Positions 51,120-64,000 of a stretch of DNA of 64,000 nt are shown piece after piece. The stretch covers positions 40,672,001 to 40,736,000 of the forward strand of contig OX597834.1 in the NCBI GenBank assembly GCA_951406725.2, written 5' to 3'. A program made the position numbers and the translations under genes. Under the pieces are notes generated by a model that had not been told where the DNA came from, did no database searches, and saw only the letters and a list, made by a program, of their open reading frames with translations. Source of the DNA: Octopus vulgaris. Taxonomy: Eukaryota. Every line of letters starts with the position of its first letter. Within the stretch, counting starts at the first letter, position 1.

Positions 51120-51945
51120 TTGACCATTGTCCCTTGCCCCGTATGTTGGCTGAATAAGCTGGTGCCCTTACTCTTCCACTATCTGTGGAAGGGACACGTG
51201 CTGCTGGTAAGGGACACTATCATAGTGTTGAGCCACAGGCATATAGACCTGATTGGCAACACACTAAAAGAATATAAAGCGGTAACAGGAGCAAAAATTA
51301 ACACAGAAAAATCAGTGGGCTTGCAATTCGGCACCTAGAGGGGCAAGTCCATGCTGTTCAACAGCATCATGGGGCTCTGAACAAACGGTTCAGTTAAATT
51401 GCTCAGGACCTGGTTCAGTCCAAACCTCCAGGTGGGGAAAAACTGGGACAAGGTTACGAACAGGGTGGCCAATCCCACCCAGAAATGAGCCAAGAGGAAG
51501 CTGTCCCTGAAAGGTCTAGCCGAGGTGGCAAATGCATACATCATCTACTACTGCTGTCAATGGGGGCCTGGGCATGCTGTGGTTGCTAATGCACAGACAT
51601 GTGCTCAGCCTGTGACATCTCCAGTGTTTCCTTGATGGTGAGCAGGTGTTTTTGTCAGGCACACTTTTCCACAGCTCGTCCCTTTGACTGAGCTGCAATC
51701 CTGGATTAGGCATAGACCGAGGAGGGGTCCTTGACACCTTGAGTGGCATCAAGTGCTCACTGTCCTCTGCCAGGTGAGCAATGCAGTCAGTGGTAGCTTC
51801 ACTCTAGAATTCTATACGGGGAGAGTGGATGGGAATTGCAACGACATTCTTGGGGAAGCTCTGGGTGTTGATGAGGATCAACTCACCAGTCTGTTCCGGA
51901 GGACTTTCAGGTCTGGGCCTATGGATAACTTCCAGAAATCCTTTG
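51120..51945 (+). mobile_element. Rearranged L1/Tx1-like LINE ORF2 fragment
   Basis: YKAVTGAKINTEKSVGLQ, KLSLKGLAEVANAYI, LFHYLWKG; its 3' part is homologous to 28165-28425. Confidence 0.7.
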
Positions 51946-54253
51946 TTACTATTATTTGAAGCCTGGTACTTATTGTCTTTTGTAGAACCACTAAATTATG
52001 GAGACATAAACAAACCAGATAATTACTGGAATGCAAGAATTGGTTAATATAATTCTAAAAATCAACCAGTTTTGAGATTGAAGGTAAATGGTTAATGAAA
52101 GAGTGGATTGGATTGGGTACGTTCAATCCACTGTAGGATGAAGGCTTCAGCATGTTCTCCACATCAACCTTGGTCCAATGTGGAGGCTGTGAATTTGAGC
52201 TTGAGGTCATACTTGTTTGATAAACCTATTCTACCACACTGGCTCAACATGGCTTGGCAGAAGGATGCACTTCTTTTATTTATTTTTTTTTTACTCATGC
52301 CCAGTAGTTAAGTCGATTACATGAAAGATAAGATTTGAATAACTCATTTTTGTGCTCATCTAACGACGTTAACATATAGCCTACTACAGCTTTAGTATGG
52401 CACTATGTAACTCCTTTATAAGTTGTTCAACAGTCACCATCACTGTAAGAACTGTTAAGGTACCAAGCAGTCAATTTAGCTGACCCATTCTAGTAAAACC
52501 ATTTTTGAGATGTAGTTGATTCGACAAATGATCAAGATAACTGAGCTCTTGGAATTCTAAGAATTAGGATTTGATCTGCTTCAAACGTGAAATTTAATAA
52601 AACTCAACTCACAAGGTAGTCATACGCTTAGGATACTTGGTATATGGTTGCTGATAGATAAGGAAGCAAATCCAATTCATTAAAACCTTGATCTGTTTTC
52701 TAATGATTTTCATGCACTTACATAACTGGCAGCCTGTCAGTTACGACAATGAGGGTTCCCATTGATCTGATCGATGGAACAGCCTGCTCATGAGATTAAC
52801 ATGCAAGTGGCTGAGCTTTCCAGAGACACATGTACCTTAAAATATTTCTTTGGGAGATTTGTGACGTAGAATGTGATAAGGCCAGTCCTTTCAAGTACAA
52901 CCCATTTTTGCCAGCTAAGTGAACCGGAGCAATGTGAAATAAACTGCCTTGCTCAAGGACACAACACGCCACTGGAAATTGAACTCATGACCATAAGATT
53001 GTGGGATGAATGCCCTAACCACTAGGCCATTCACCTTCATAAAAGTATAACAGAATGATCTGAAATTATATGAAGTTAGTTCTTGAAAGTAAAAGAACTT
53101 ATAAATTTTCCAGAAGCACGGCAGTGTAGTTAAGAACTTTGCTTCCCGATCAGATGATTTCAGGTGCAGTCCTGCTGTCTTCTATTATAGCCCCTGCTTA
53201 ACCAAAGCTTTGTGAAAGGATATAGTAGATGGAAACTGAAAGAAGCCCATTGTATATATATATATACATACAGGTGCAGGTGTGACTGTGTAGTAAGAAG
53301 CTTGTTTCCCAACCACATGGGAATGACTGAAAGAAGATGGTAATATTCACAAATAGTATGCGATCAGAACACAGGATTCTGAGCTTCAGAATTGAGATGA
53401 CAAAGGATTGACAAAATGTGGTATTATCTTGTGTAACAGAAATGTTAAACCAATACAAGGGTGCAGAATGGACATTCAGACACTAATGATAAGGATTTAT
53501 GTTCACAACCAACTTCGTATTTATTAACACATGAATTAACATTAAGCTGAACCATACATCATACTTTAAATAAACTTCATAAAAGAATATATATATATAT
53601 ATATATATGATATAGATAAAAATGTTTTCAAGATCTGGAATATATGTATATCACAGGATATGAAATATTTCTTTTTATGGTGTATATAATTTATGACATC
53701 ACTGGTTTATAAGTATATATTTCTCAGCTATGTACAATGTTAAATAAATAATTATCTTTTCTACCTTCAGGAAATATTTTAGTATATATATATATATATA
53801 TATATATTCTGAATGAATAATTTTATTAAAAACATTAGTGTTTCATACTATTTCACTCATAAAGTGGTTATATAAAATAGAGTTGGGAGGTTTCCTTAAC
53901 TGTATATCTCCTTTTCAGAGTCGATATATTGATGGTTATATCTTTCTTTTTTCATAGAATGATTTTTGATATTGATATCTCACTCTTTTTTGTATGAATG
54001 CTTGCGTAGTTAAGTAATTTTTTGATAATGTTCAATCAGAGACATTAGTTGTTATTTTTCACTCCTGTATGAAAATACTGGTGTCTAGTTAAGCTACATC
54101 CAGTCCTTTTGACAGATTTGGTTCCTGGGGGCGCTTCAGAATATTCTGGGTGGGCACTAATTTGTAGAGTGGGAAGATTTTTGTGAACTGTATTTTCTAA
54201 ATCTGAAGGTGCACCATCGTATAGTGACAGGTGTGTCTACATCTTTGAGAGGT

Positions 54254-55132
54254 TTACCTGACACGTTGTTGTGTTACTGTTTTTTCTTTTGTATGAATGC
54301 GTTTGTGTCGAGTTAAATGGTTTATTACAGAGAAGGATTTACCACAGATATCACAGCGATATGGTTTCTCTCCTGTATGAATGCGTTTGTGTCTAGTTAA
54401 ATTACCAGTTTGAGAGAATGAATTACCACAGATATCACAATGATATGGTTTGCCTCCTGTATGAATATGTTCATGGTTGGTTAACGTACGTCCATGAGAG
54501 AATGATTTACCACAGATAACACAGCAGTAAGGCTTTTCACCTGTATGAATGCGTCTGTGGTTAGTTAATGTACTTCTTTCGGAGAATGCTTTACTGCAGA
54601 CATCACAGTGGAATGGCTTCTCTCCTGTATGAATACGTTTATGAGAAGTTAAATGACCTTTTAGTGAGAATGATTTACCACAGATATCACAGTGATATGA
54701 TCTCTCTCCTGTATGACTATATTTGTGACTCGTTAAGTGACCCCTTAAAGAGAATGATTTACCACAGATATCACAGTGAAATGGTTTCTCTCTTGTATGA
54801 ACATATTTATGATTACTTAAGTGACAAGATACAGTGAACGATTTACCACAGATATCACAGTGATACGGTTTCTCTCCTGTATGAATACGTTTGTGTCTAG
54901 TTAAGGTACTACTTACAGCAAATGATTTACCACAAGTATCACAGTTGAATGGTTTTTCTCCTGTATGAATGCGTTTATGAATAGTGAAGTGACCTTTATG
55001 AGAGAATGACCTTTTACAGGTATTGCAATGATAAGATGTCTTTCCTATCTCTTTCAGTATGTCATCAGAAAAATCAACCACTTTAGGCTCTGTTTTACAC
55101 TTAATCGTGTTCTCACAGAATTCATTCTCCAT
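54254..55132 (-). CDS. C2H2 zinc-finger protein ZNF-4 (9 fingers)
   Basis: Start placed at [12 protein letters not shown] by paralog comparison; an in-frame upstream ATG also exists at 55213. Confidence 0.9.
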   Translation of the reverse strand: MENEFCENTIKCKTEPKVVDFSDDILKEIGKTSYHCNTCKRSFSHKGHFTIHKRIHTGEKPFNCDTCGKSFAVSSTLTRHKRIHTGEKPYHCDICGKSFTVSCHLSNHKYVHTREKPFHCDICGKSFSLRGHLTSHKYSHTGERSYHCDICGKSFSLKGHLTSHKRIHTGEKPFHCDVCSKAFSERSTLTNHRRIHTGEKPYCCVICGKSFSHGRTLTNHEHIHTGGKPYHCDICGNSFSQTGNLTRHKRIHTGEKPYRCDICGKSFSVINHLTRHKRIHTKEKTVTQQRVR

Positions 55133-56743
55133 AACTTTGTTTTTATCACCATAATATATATATTTTATCTTTTTAATTTTATTTTTAAATATTTCTATGG
55201 AAAATTTTTTCATCAACTCTTATTTTTATTAATTTCTGAAGTGGCTGGAAAGTCTTTTATAAATTTGTTCGTGGTTAAGTAGGATCCAAAGCCATCTTGT
55301 TCACATTCCATAGAGTGGAGTACAGAAATGTTGTTACTAATCTCAATTCACAGAAAGTATAACATCTTCCTACAGTCTTTAAAAGGTGGTAAATATTGAG
55401 GATACATCTCAAGGACAAAATTCTTTAATGCCAATGCCATCTGATATTCTGAAATAATAGAAAGACAGTATAAGATACAGAAGATATTAAAAAAGTAAAG
55501 AGCTAACAGTGGAAATGTTACAACCATCTATCTTGATAAACTGTAGATAAAGGCCTCGAGTTAATAGTTGTTATATATTCTTTAATTAGTGATTAGAATT
55601 ATATCATAGAACCTTGGGTGAATTCTTCATATTTTCAGGCTACAGGTACAATGAAAAAACATGAAAACACCTCAAGCTGCATTCTGATATTTCTTTATCT
55701 CACATGTGTGGCTGTGTGGTAAGAAGTTTTATTCCCAATTAAAGTGGCTCCAGGCTTAGTCCCACTGCATGGAACTTTTAACAAATGTCTTCTGCTATAG
55801 CACCAGGCTGGACCAAAACTTTGTGAGTGGATTTGAGAGGGCCTTGTCTTGAGGGCTCATAGGTGCTAGTGTCACATAAAAAGCACTTGTACCAGTGCCC
55901 GGCATGGAAGCTTCATCAGTCATTTCTCTTTGCTTGATGCCAAAAGTCTTCACACTTTCGGTTATGATTTACCAAATGTTGCAATTAAATCTGAGCAACT
56001 AACGTTAAAAATGCCAAATCGGCAGCACTGATATTGATGTGGTACGGGATTAAAAAGCATTTGAAATGTTAGCATGTTACTATTATTATTTTGTGTGTGA
56101 CTAGTTTATGTTAAACTGTTGACTGTTTTGTCGTCAGTTGAACAACTTGCACAGACGATTTGTTTATAGTGATTACATGTTTGTACCGCACAAAAGATCA
56201 CTCTATCAAATAATCACTGTACAGGTGTACGGTGAGCCACACGTCAGGTGTGGAAGTGATCGCAGAGGAACATGTAATGAAGTGGTTTTTTGCTCAAGAA
56301 CACAACACACCGCCTGGTCCAGGAATCGAAACTACACTCTAACCACTCGCCTTTAGGAAACTGCAGTGTCGTAGATTACATAATCATAATCTCCAGAAAC
56401 GTAATTCACCTGTGCTCAGTTGCTGTTTAATTAAACCTCAGGTGATTCTTTACTGAGTTGACCCATGACCAAATTCACATTGCTTTCAGAGGTGCCAAGA
56501 ATTTTATAACATACCAAACAAAAACAAATATTATACTAATGAAAGGAAGGACGGTTGACAATAAGAAAAATAATTTTGTATAAATTTTTCTCTAGTTATA
56601 ATTGTTGAATTCATAGAAAGGTGTTTCGATTTCTATTTATTCACCCATTGCTATATTTCCAATAGTTAAAAATTATTGTAGCTTATTTTACATGCGATTA
56701 TAGTTGCGACACATAATGGTTAAGCGTTAAAGAGAAATTATAC

Positions 56744-56866
56744 CTTGCGGGTGGAATTTGGTCGATGGACACTGAGCAGAATGTGACCTACTTCTAAGGA
56801 ATAAATGATTAGGACTCAGGAAGTGGAAATATTGGATTTTCATTGGTCAGCTGAGGCCATGTGATA
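56744..56866 (-). promoter_or_regulatory. ZNF-4 promoter module and non-coding exon 1 (exon 2 begins at 55448)
   Basis: Minus strand ATCACATGG..GACCAATGAAAATCCAAT..CCACTTCCTG, then CAAG|GTATAA donor; homologous to 29163-29337. Confidence 0.6.
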
Positions 56867-57150
56867 AGAGGTATAGCAACGTTGAAGGGGTTCTCTGAAA
56901 GGGTCTAGAGCTGCATTATTTTGATGTATTCCCAAAATTATATTATATATACATATATATATATACAGAGAGAAGACAGACAGACAGATGCGTGGATGAA
57001 TACATGATGCTGGAAAAGATGCAGAATACGTTGTCAGGGGAACTAACTCTCATCTTACTAGATTCCTCATCTTTCCCGATTAAGTCTAATTTTTGAAAAT
57101 ATGTTTCCCGAATAAAAGCACGACGAAAGTTGAATTATTAGATTTCTATT

Positions 57151-57491
57151 GTGAAGGCGCATGGCTCAGTGGTTAGAGCGTCGAGCTTACGATCGTGAGG
57201 TTGTGAGCTCGAATCCCGGACCGGGCTGCGTGTTGTGTTCTTGAGCAAGACACTTTATTTCACGTTGCTCCAGTTCACTCAGCTGTAGAAATGAGTTGCG
57301 ACGTCACTGGTGCCAAGCTGTATCGGCCCCTTTGCCTTTCCCTTGGATAACACTGGTGGCGTGGAGCGGGGAGGCCGGTATGCATGGGCGACTACTGGTC
57401 TTCCATAAACAACCCCGCCCGGACTTGTGTCTAGGAGGGTAACTTTCTAGGTGCAATCCCATGGTCTGTGTCGTGACCGAAGGGGGGTCTC
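57151..57491 (+). mobile_element. Full-length SINE family B copy between ZNF-4 and ZNF-5
   Basis: Colinear with the reverse complement of 39200-39538. Confidence 0.85.
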
Positions 57492-58364
57492 CGAATTGTG
57501 AGTTTAGATGAAACGATTAGATCTCCAGCAACAACGTAGAAGACGTTAAGTAAAAACGTGTAGAGAATGGACCTTATTAACTTTCTTCTTATATTAAACA
57601 AAATCCGAAGGGAATAGTAGTGTCCTTTGATAAAAAGTATAATTGAGCGAGCGAGCGTGCATGCTTCTTTCTTTTATGTATTTCGAGGGATTAACTCTTA
57701 TAAACCCTATTTTTGAGAGTCGCTAAAAATTGCATCCCTTTTTAATTTTATTTTATAGAAAGAAATTTCTGTGAAATATGATTTCTTTTAATTGGGAATT
57801 CTTATTTCCCAATCGATTGGTTTTGGGTTCAATCCCACCGCGTGACACCTTGGGCAAGTGTCATCTACTATAGCCTTAGAACGACCAAAGCTTGTACGTG
57901 GATTTGGTAGACAGAAGCTGAAAGAAATGTCGTGTGTGTGTGTTCCTCCTGTTAGTTACCTGCCAGCGCTTGGCAACCAGTGTTTAGTTTACACCCTCAA
58001 CTAACCGATACCATAAGTACCAGGCTAAAAAATATGGGTACTGGGACCTATTTATTCGACTAAATCCTTCAAAGCAATGTCCTAACACGGCTGCAATCAA
58101 ATGACGCAGAAGTAAAAGATACAAGACCAGTCTTCTGTACTTAAAACGTGGTCATATATTTTGCATCGAAACTGCGGATAAACATAGAATGTTAGCTTTA
58201 CTGTGACATAATACGAATTTACTGCTAAAGACGAAGGAATTCTCTGATCATTGATATCGTGGAAGGAATTTGATGAAAAGAATCGAACTCCTTAGTAACA
58301 ACAACAACATTTATTTCGTAGTTTTTAAAGAAGTCACACTGTTTAACGATTCTCTCTTTGCTTC

Positions 58365-58380
58365 TCAAAACGGTAAGTTT
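58365..58380 (+). promoter_or_regulatory. Probable ZNF-5 exon-1 splice donor (exon 2 begins at 59453)
   Basis: AAAACG|GTAAGTT at 58372/58373. Confidence 0.5.
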
Positions 58381-59835
58381 ATAAAGATTAGCTTTAAAAG
58401 TGTTATAATTTGTGTAAATAACGATTTTCCTTTCAAAGATACAGAAATTTAAAGTGAAAGAATCGATAAAAAGATTTTTTTTCGACCTGACAGGTACAGG
58501 ATGGATTTTCAAGTTAAATATTGATCTGTTATTCTTGAAAACGTAAAGTCAGCTGTTGTGTGCAATATAAAGTAAATTCAATTTTTTTTCTACGTAAATT
58601 TGAATTTCATTTGAGTATATGAAAGAGTTCAAATTCTTGGAGATTCACTTTGCCTTTCATCCTTTCGGGGTTGATAAAATGAGTACCGTTTGAATACTGG
58701 GGTCTATGTAATCAACTAGCCTCCCACTCGAAATTGCTGGCCTTGTGCCAAAATTTGAAATCAATGTAAAATTGGACGCTAAACGATGATGATGTAGCAA
58801 AAGGTTTATGTTTTCTTTTTCCAGAAAGTGCAGTAGACTACTGTGTACATGTTTTGGTATTAACAGATTTGAAAATCTTTAGGAATTTAATATAGAAACG
58901 CAGGCCTGATTGTGTGGGTAAGAATCTTGCTTCCCAATCTTGTGGTCTTGGGTTCAGTCCCCACCATGAGGTACCTGAAGCTAGTGTCTTCTAATTCTGG
59001 TTCAACCAAAGCCTTGTGAGTAGATTTGGCAGATGGAAACTAGAAGAAACTATAAGGCAGCAAGCTGGCAGAAACGTTAGCACGCCGAGCGAAATGCTTC
59101 GCGGGATTTCGTCTGTCGTTACGTTCTGAGTTCAAATTCCGCTAAGGTTGACTTTGCCTTTCATCCGTCTACCAAATCCACTCATAAGGCTTTGGTCGAC
59201 CAGAGGCTATAGTAGAAGACACTTCCCCAAATTGTCATGCAGTGGGACTGAACCCGGAACCATGTGGTTGGTAAACAAGCTACTTACCACACAGCCACTC
59301 CTACACCTATAATAGCTAATTAAAAGGTAGTTCAATTGTTAAGATGTTTATTTGTACAGTGTATCTGTATAAAAAAAAATCACTAAAATGCATCTGTTGA
59401 ATCTTTATTTTTAAATATCTTCTAACGTCTATACTTTTCTCTTTTATTTCAGAAATATCAGATGGCATTGGCATAAAAGATTTTTTTTTTACTTCAAATA
59501 CATCGATTGTATTTATCATCTTTTAAAAACTGAAGGAAGATGTTATACACACAAGGTGTAACTCTATATAATTCTATGGCAGAATTACCATGAAATATAT
59601 CGTCTGTATGAGATTATAGGAACATTTCTCTAGTTCACTGTCTGATTTGTGCACGAGAGAGTTTTTGCATTTGAATTGAACTTGGATACATTCACAAAAG
59701 AGTATATGGCATCTTCAGATATTGATAAAGACAAAGATGTTAGAAATAAATCAGTAGAAATACCTGTTAGGAATAAAATATCAAAAACAAAGAGGAGTGA
59801 AATATTTCTTTGATGTGGTAAAACAAGTAAAAATT

Positions 59836-60951
59836 ATGGAAAACAAATTATCTAAGAAGCAGGCTAAACGTAAAAAAGTATCTAAAAAGATTGATTTTCC
59901 TCATGAGATGCTGAAGGATATAGGAAAGGTGTCATACCATTGTGATGTCTGTAAAAAGTCATTCTCTCAAAAAGGTAATCTCGCTACTCACAAACGTACT
60001 CATACAGGAGAGAAACCATATCACTGTGATATCTGTGGAAAATCATTCTCTCATGGAAGTACTTTAATTACTCACAAACGCATTCATACAGGAGAGAAGC
60101 CATACCCCTGTGATACATGTGGTAGATCATTCTCTCAAGTAATCCAGTTAACTAACCACAAACGCATTCACACAGGAGAGAAGCCATATCCCTGTGATAT
60201 CTGTGGGATATCATTCTCTAAACGAAGTACTTTAACGACACACAATCGTATTCACACAGGAGAGAAGCCATATCACTGTGGGAGCTGTGGTAAAGCTTTC
60301 TCAGTAAGCAGTAACTTAATTAACCATGAACGCATTCATACAGGTGAGAAACCATATCACTGTGATATCTGTGGCAAGTCGTTCTCTCAAATAGTTACCT
60401 TAACTAACCATAAACATGTCCATACAGGAGAGAGACCATATCCCTGTGATATTTGTGGCAAATCATTCTCTCAAAGTGGTATTTTAACTATTCACAAACG
60501 TATTCACTCAGGGGATAAGCCTTATCACTGTGATATCTGTGGTAATTCCTTCTCTGAAAGAAGAGTCTTAACTACACACAAACGTGTTCATACAGGAGAG
60601 AAACCTTATCACTGTGATATCTGTGGCAAATCATTTTCTGTAAGAAGTACCTTAACTAATCACAGACATATTCATACAGGAGACAAACCACATCACTGTG
60701 ACATTTGTGGCAAGTCATTTTCTCAAAGAAGTAAATTAACCATTCACAATTATATTCATGCAGGAAATAAACCGCATCACTGTGATACTTGTGGTAAATC
60801 ATTCTCTCAAAACGGTGACTTAACAAGACACAAACGCATTCATACAGGTGAGAAGCCATATTATTGCGATGTCTGTGGTAAATCTTTCTCTCTGAGAGGC
60901 AGCTTAACTCGACACATGTATATTCATACAGGTGAAAAGCGATATAAATGA
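59836..60951 (+). CDS. C2H2 zinc-finger protein ZNF-5 (12 fingers)
   Basis: Start at MENKLS (first ATG in the ORF, matches paralogs); TGEKP-linked fingers. Confidence 0.92.
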   Translation: MENKLSKKQAKRKKVSKKIDFPHEMLKDIGKVSYHCDVCKKSFSQKGNLATHKRTHTGEKPYHCDICGKSFSHGSTLITHKRIHTGEKPYPCDTCGRSFSQVIQLTNHKRIHTGEKPYPCDICGISFSKRSTLTTHNRIHTGEKPYHCGSCGKAFSVSSNLINHERIHTGEKPYHCDICGKSFSQIVTLTNHKHVHTGERPYPCDICGKSFSQSGILTIHKRIHSGDKPYHCDICGNSFSERRVLTTHKRVHTGEKPYHCDICGKSFSVRSTLTNHRHIHTGDKPHHCDICGKSFSQRSKLTIHNYIHAGNKPHHCDTCGKSFSQNGDLTRHKRIHTGEKPYYCDVCGKSFSLRGSLTRHMYIHTGEKRYK

Positions 60952-63900
60952 TATTTGCATCATATCATTCTATGAAGAAACCTACTTTACAATACTTGTA
61001 CGTATTCATGCAGAAGCGTAATGTCACAATGTCAAAAGTTGTTCTATGAAAGAAATATCTTATATAACAATAAATATGTCCACACAAGGAGAAGATATAA
61101 TAACAAGCACATATATAGTTTGTGGAATCAAATTATGACATGTTAATTAAAATCAGTCATTCTTAATACTTTCCAGAAGACACTGTTGTTTGTTTGTTTT
61201 TTGATATTGTGAGTTAATGACTGGGATGCTGCCACAGTATCACTATTTAATGTTGCAAATAAATACACAAATGATAAAAAAAAAATGAATTTCAAAATAT
61301 TGTAATTGGGTTTATGGAGAGTAACATTATTCTGAATGCTATTTATATTCTTTCATGTGTAGTATGTATATTTACAGGTATGGTTGTGTGGTTAAGAAGT
61401 TCAATTCCCAACCACATGGTTTTGGGTTCAGTCCCACTACTGCACAGCACTTTGGTCATTTGCTATAACCTTAGGCCAGCCAAAGTTTTATGAGTGAATT
61501 TGGTAGATGAAAACTGAAAGAAGACCATCATACATACATATATATATATGTATGTATATCCGAGCGTGATCGTTGCCAGAGCAGCTAACTGGCTTCTGTG
61601 CCACTGGCATGTAAAAAGCACCATTCGAGCGTCATCGTTACCAGCATCGCCTTACTAGCATAGGAAAAATCATTCTAGCAAGGTAGTTACCAGTGATGCT
61701 GGGCTGGCACGTAAAAAACACCATTTGAGCATGGCCGTTACCAGTACCGCCTGACTGGCCCTCGTGCCGGTGGCACATTAAAGCACCCACTACACTCGCA
61801 GAGTTGATTGGCGTTAGGAAGGGCATCCAGTTGTAGAAGCTCTGCCAGATCAGATTGAAGCCTGGTGCAGCCCCTATATTTATTTTTGTCTCATCTGCGT
61901 TGCAAGCGGCGATACCTGGGTGTGCAGCCAATGCTACACGTTTTCCAGACGGAAATCGCGTCGCTGCACATCGTATCCCAGAAAAATAACATTATTGACA
62001 AATCTTTGAGAAAATATATTGTCACCCAGGAGAGAAGTTACAGAATGGTTGGAGACAGTTACTTCCCCTTGGCAGCTTATTGAAATGTCCTAAATCTATT
62101 CCTGTCATTCGATACACGTCTGTATTACTAAGTCACCTCCAGTTTGCTTACAATTGCCGTTTCAGGATCGAATCAATATACACGATTGGTAATTAACCCT
62201 GTAAATAAATGAGGATAACATTCTTTAAAATGTTAAATGTTTAAAACGTAACTCAACACTTGCTATAAAATTTAAACAGCTGTCATTCATCGCTCCGAAT
62301 TAAATTCTGATTATATGAACATATCGTGATATCTTATTGTGCCTATATTAATATTAGTAAGGCAAAGGCAAGAAAACAAGGAGTAATTTTTTATTTACTT
62401 AAGTAAAGATTTCTTTATATACTTCCACTGTTTTGTTTTCATTCCAATTTTCGTTATTCCCCACATTTGGGGAACTACAACCGTGTTTCATGGTCTGCTA
62501 CCACAACAGTTCCTTTATAGGGATCCAGTTAGCTCAAGACAACATCAGGAGGAACCACGTCCGGTTTCGGCCCCTACTCCTCTACCGTTTTGACGTGGCG
62601 CACCCCAACCCTTTCGGAGGTGTCTTCAGCTCTGGTGTTGGGTGCATGTCTTCTTTCTTCTGTTCCCTGGCCTCTTCGATGTAGCGTCAGACGGTGACTG
62701 ACTAACTTGTCAAATTTTTTCCCTTTAAATACCTGCCGCTAGGCTTCAGCAAGTTGTCACAAAAATGAGAAAAGGGCAGCATGTCTTGAATTCCTCTGAG
62801 GACAGAGGATAAAGATCCCCTTTATATATAAACAAGGATTCCTCATATATATATGGTGGTTCTTAACTAGGGCCTAAATGACCCTTGGGGTTCGTATAAA
62901 AATTTGTTATATAAAATTATGTGCAATCAATTGGTTATGCTTCTACACTATACAAAATATTCGTGGATTTGTATTCTTCACACGGGAATTCATACAATTA
63001 TGCAAAAACCAAAAGGAAAAAAAATTTGGTGCATGATTTAAGGCCAAGCAGATCTCACAATCACCATTTAATAAGCATGAATAAATAGCTTGGAAAAAAG
63101 CTAGGCTTGTTACTATGGAAACAGACATATATCTGAGGCTTACATTTGGCTAAAATTACACAAACATTAAAAGTTATTAACTCTTTATTTATTGATTTCA
63201 TATCGATGATTGGCAAAACAAAACTACATCATTACACCTAATACGAAATCAATTGCAACGGAAATTGAAAAATCGAAGCCAAACAGAGAAGATCTGATAA
63301 TGTTGTTAATTCCATTTCTGTAACTTATCTATCTATATAAACTATACGGATACTATGGAATTCCCAGTATATATCCAGTAGCAGGAGCATTCCCAGCGTA
63401 TGATGACATCAGGTAGCCAATAACTGTGGACGAGCTTTGCATAGCATTCTATAAGGTTTTTACCCGAATCTTAACTATAGATAGGTAGGTAGATAGAGGT
63501 GCCTGGTGCAGTTCTCTGGTTTGCCAGTTCCTGTCTAACTGTCCAGCTCATGCCACCGTTAAATGATAATGACGACGATATACATATGTATATCAGCGGC
63601 GAAGGGTGACTAGGAAACTAGGGCATGCAGTCCACCACACACGCTGAGGCACGTGTGTGGGTGGGTGGGGAATTTCCGAGGGTTTTCCGCCCTCCCCTAT
63701 TCTCTGTGAAAAGTGTATTATATGCTTTGAGATATGGGGAGTCTGCAAAATGAAAATAGTTTTCCCCCTACGATGCACTGTTTTAAAGTAATTAGTAAGA
63801 CACGAGAAACGTGCACGCACACGTTTCCAAAATATATAGGTGCAGGCGTGGCTGTGTGGTAAGTAGCTTGCTAACTAACCACATGGTTCCGGGTTCAGTT

Positions 63901-64000
63901 CCACTGTGTGGCACCTTGGACAAGTGTCTTCTGCTATAGCCCCGGGCCGACCAATGCCTTGTGAGTGGATTTGGTTGATGGAAACTGAAAGAAGCCCGTC

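Noticed and set aside
57151-57225. tRNA gene
   Set aside because: A and B boxes are present, but it continues into a SINE body shared with 39200-39538, and I see no proper acceptor stem or terminator.
59797-59835. Longer N-terminus for ZNF-5 given in the ORF track
   Set aside because: It uses a GTG start; the first ATG matches the paralog MEN start.
62460-62705. GC-richer segment that may be a retroelement end or an exon
   Set aside because: No recognisable protein motif, termini or second copy in the window.

Overview
AT-rich eukaryotic genomic DNA, dense in microsatellites and SINEs. It is most likely from an octopus; this is inferred from the tRNA-headed SINE families and the clustered, single-coding-exon C2H2 zinc-finger genes. 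Left part (1-~27.8 kb, minus strand): the 5' portion of a CC2D2A/MKS6 ciliary transition-zone gene. I assembled 23 GT-AG coding exons by hand with continuous reading phase (2926 nt, ~975 aa); the gene runs off the left edge. Right part (~29-61 kb): five paralogous C2H2-ZNF genes (+,+,-,-,+; 9-13 fingers each), called ZNF-1 to ZNF-5 here. They share a 33-aa leader, a conserved 5'-UTR exon start and two classes of first-exon/promoter module, and decayed fingers follow their stops. In ZNF-1 and ZNF-3 the ancestral ATG is frameshifted and the finger ORF opens from an overlapping ATG at +7. Also present: a U6 snRNA retrocopy fused to a SINE tail, Penelope-type hammerhead-like motifs, Tc1/mariner, piggyBac, pogo, MULE and Helitron relics, RTE, CR1 and L1/Tx1-like LINE fragments, tandem SINE arrays and a (GATA)n array. 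No prokaryotic-type system is present. All family assignments come from reading and recall, with no database search.
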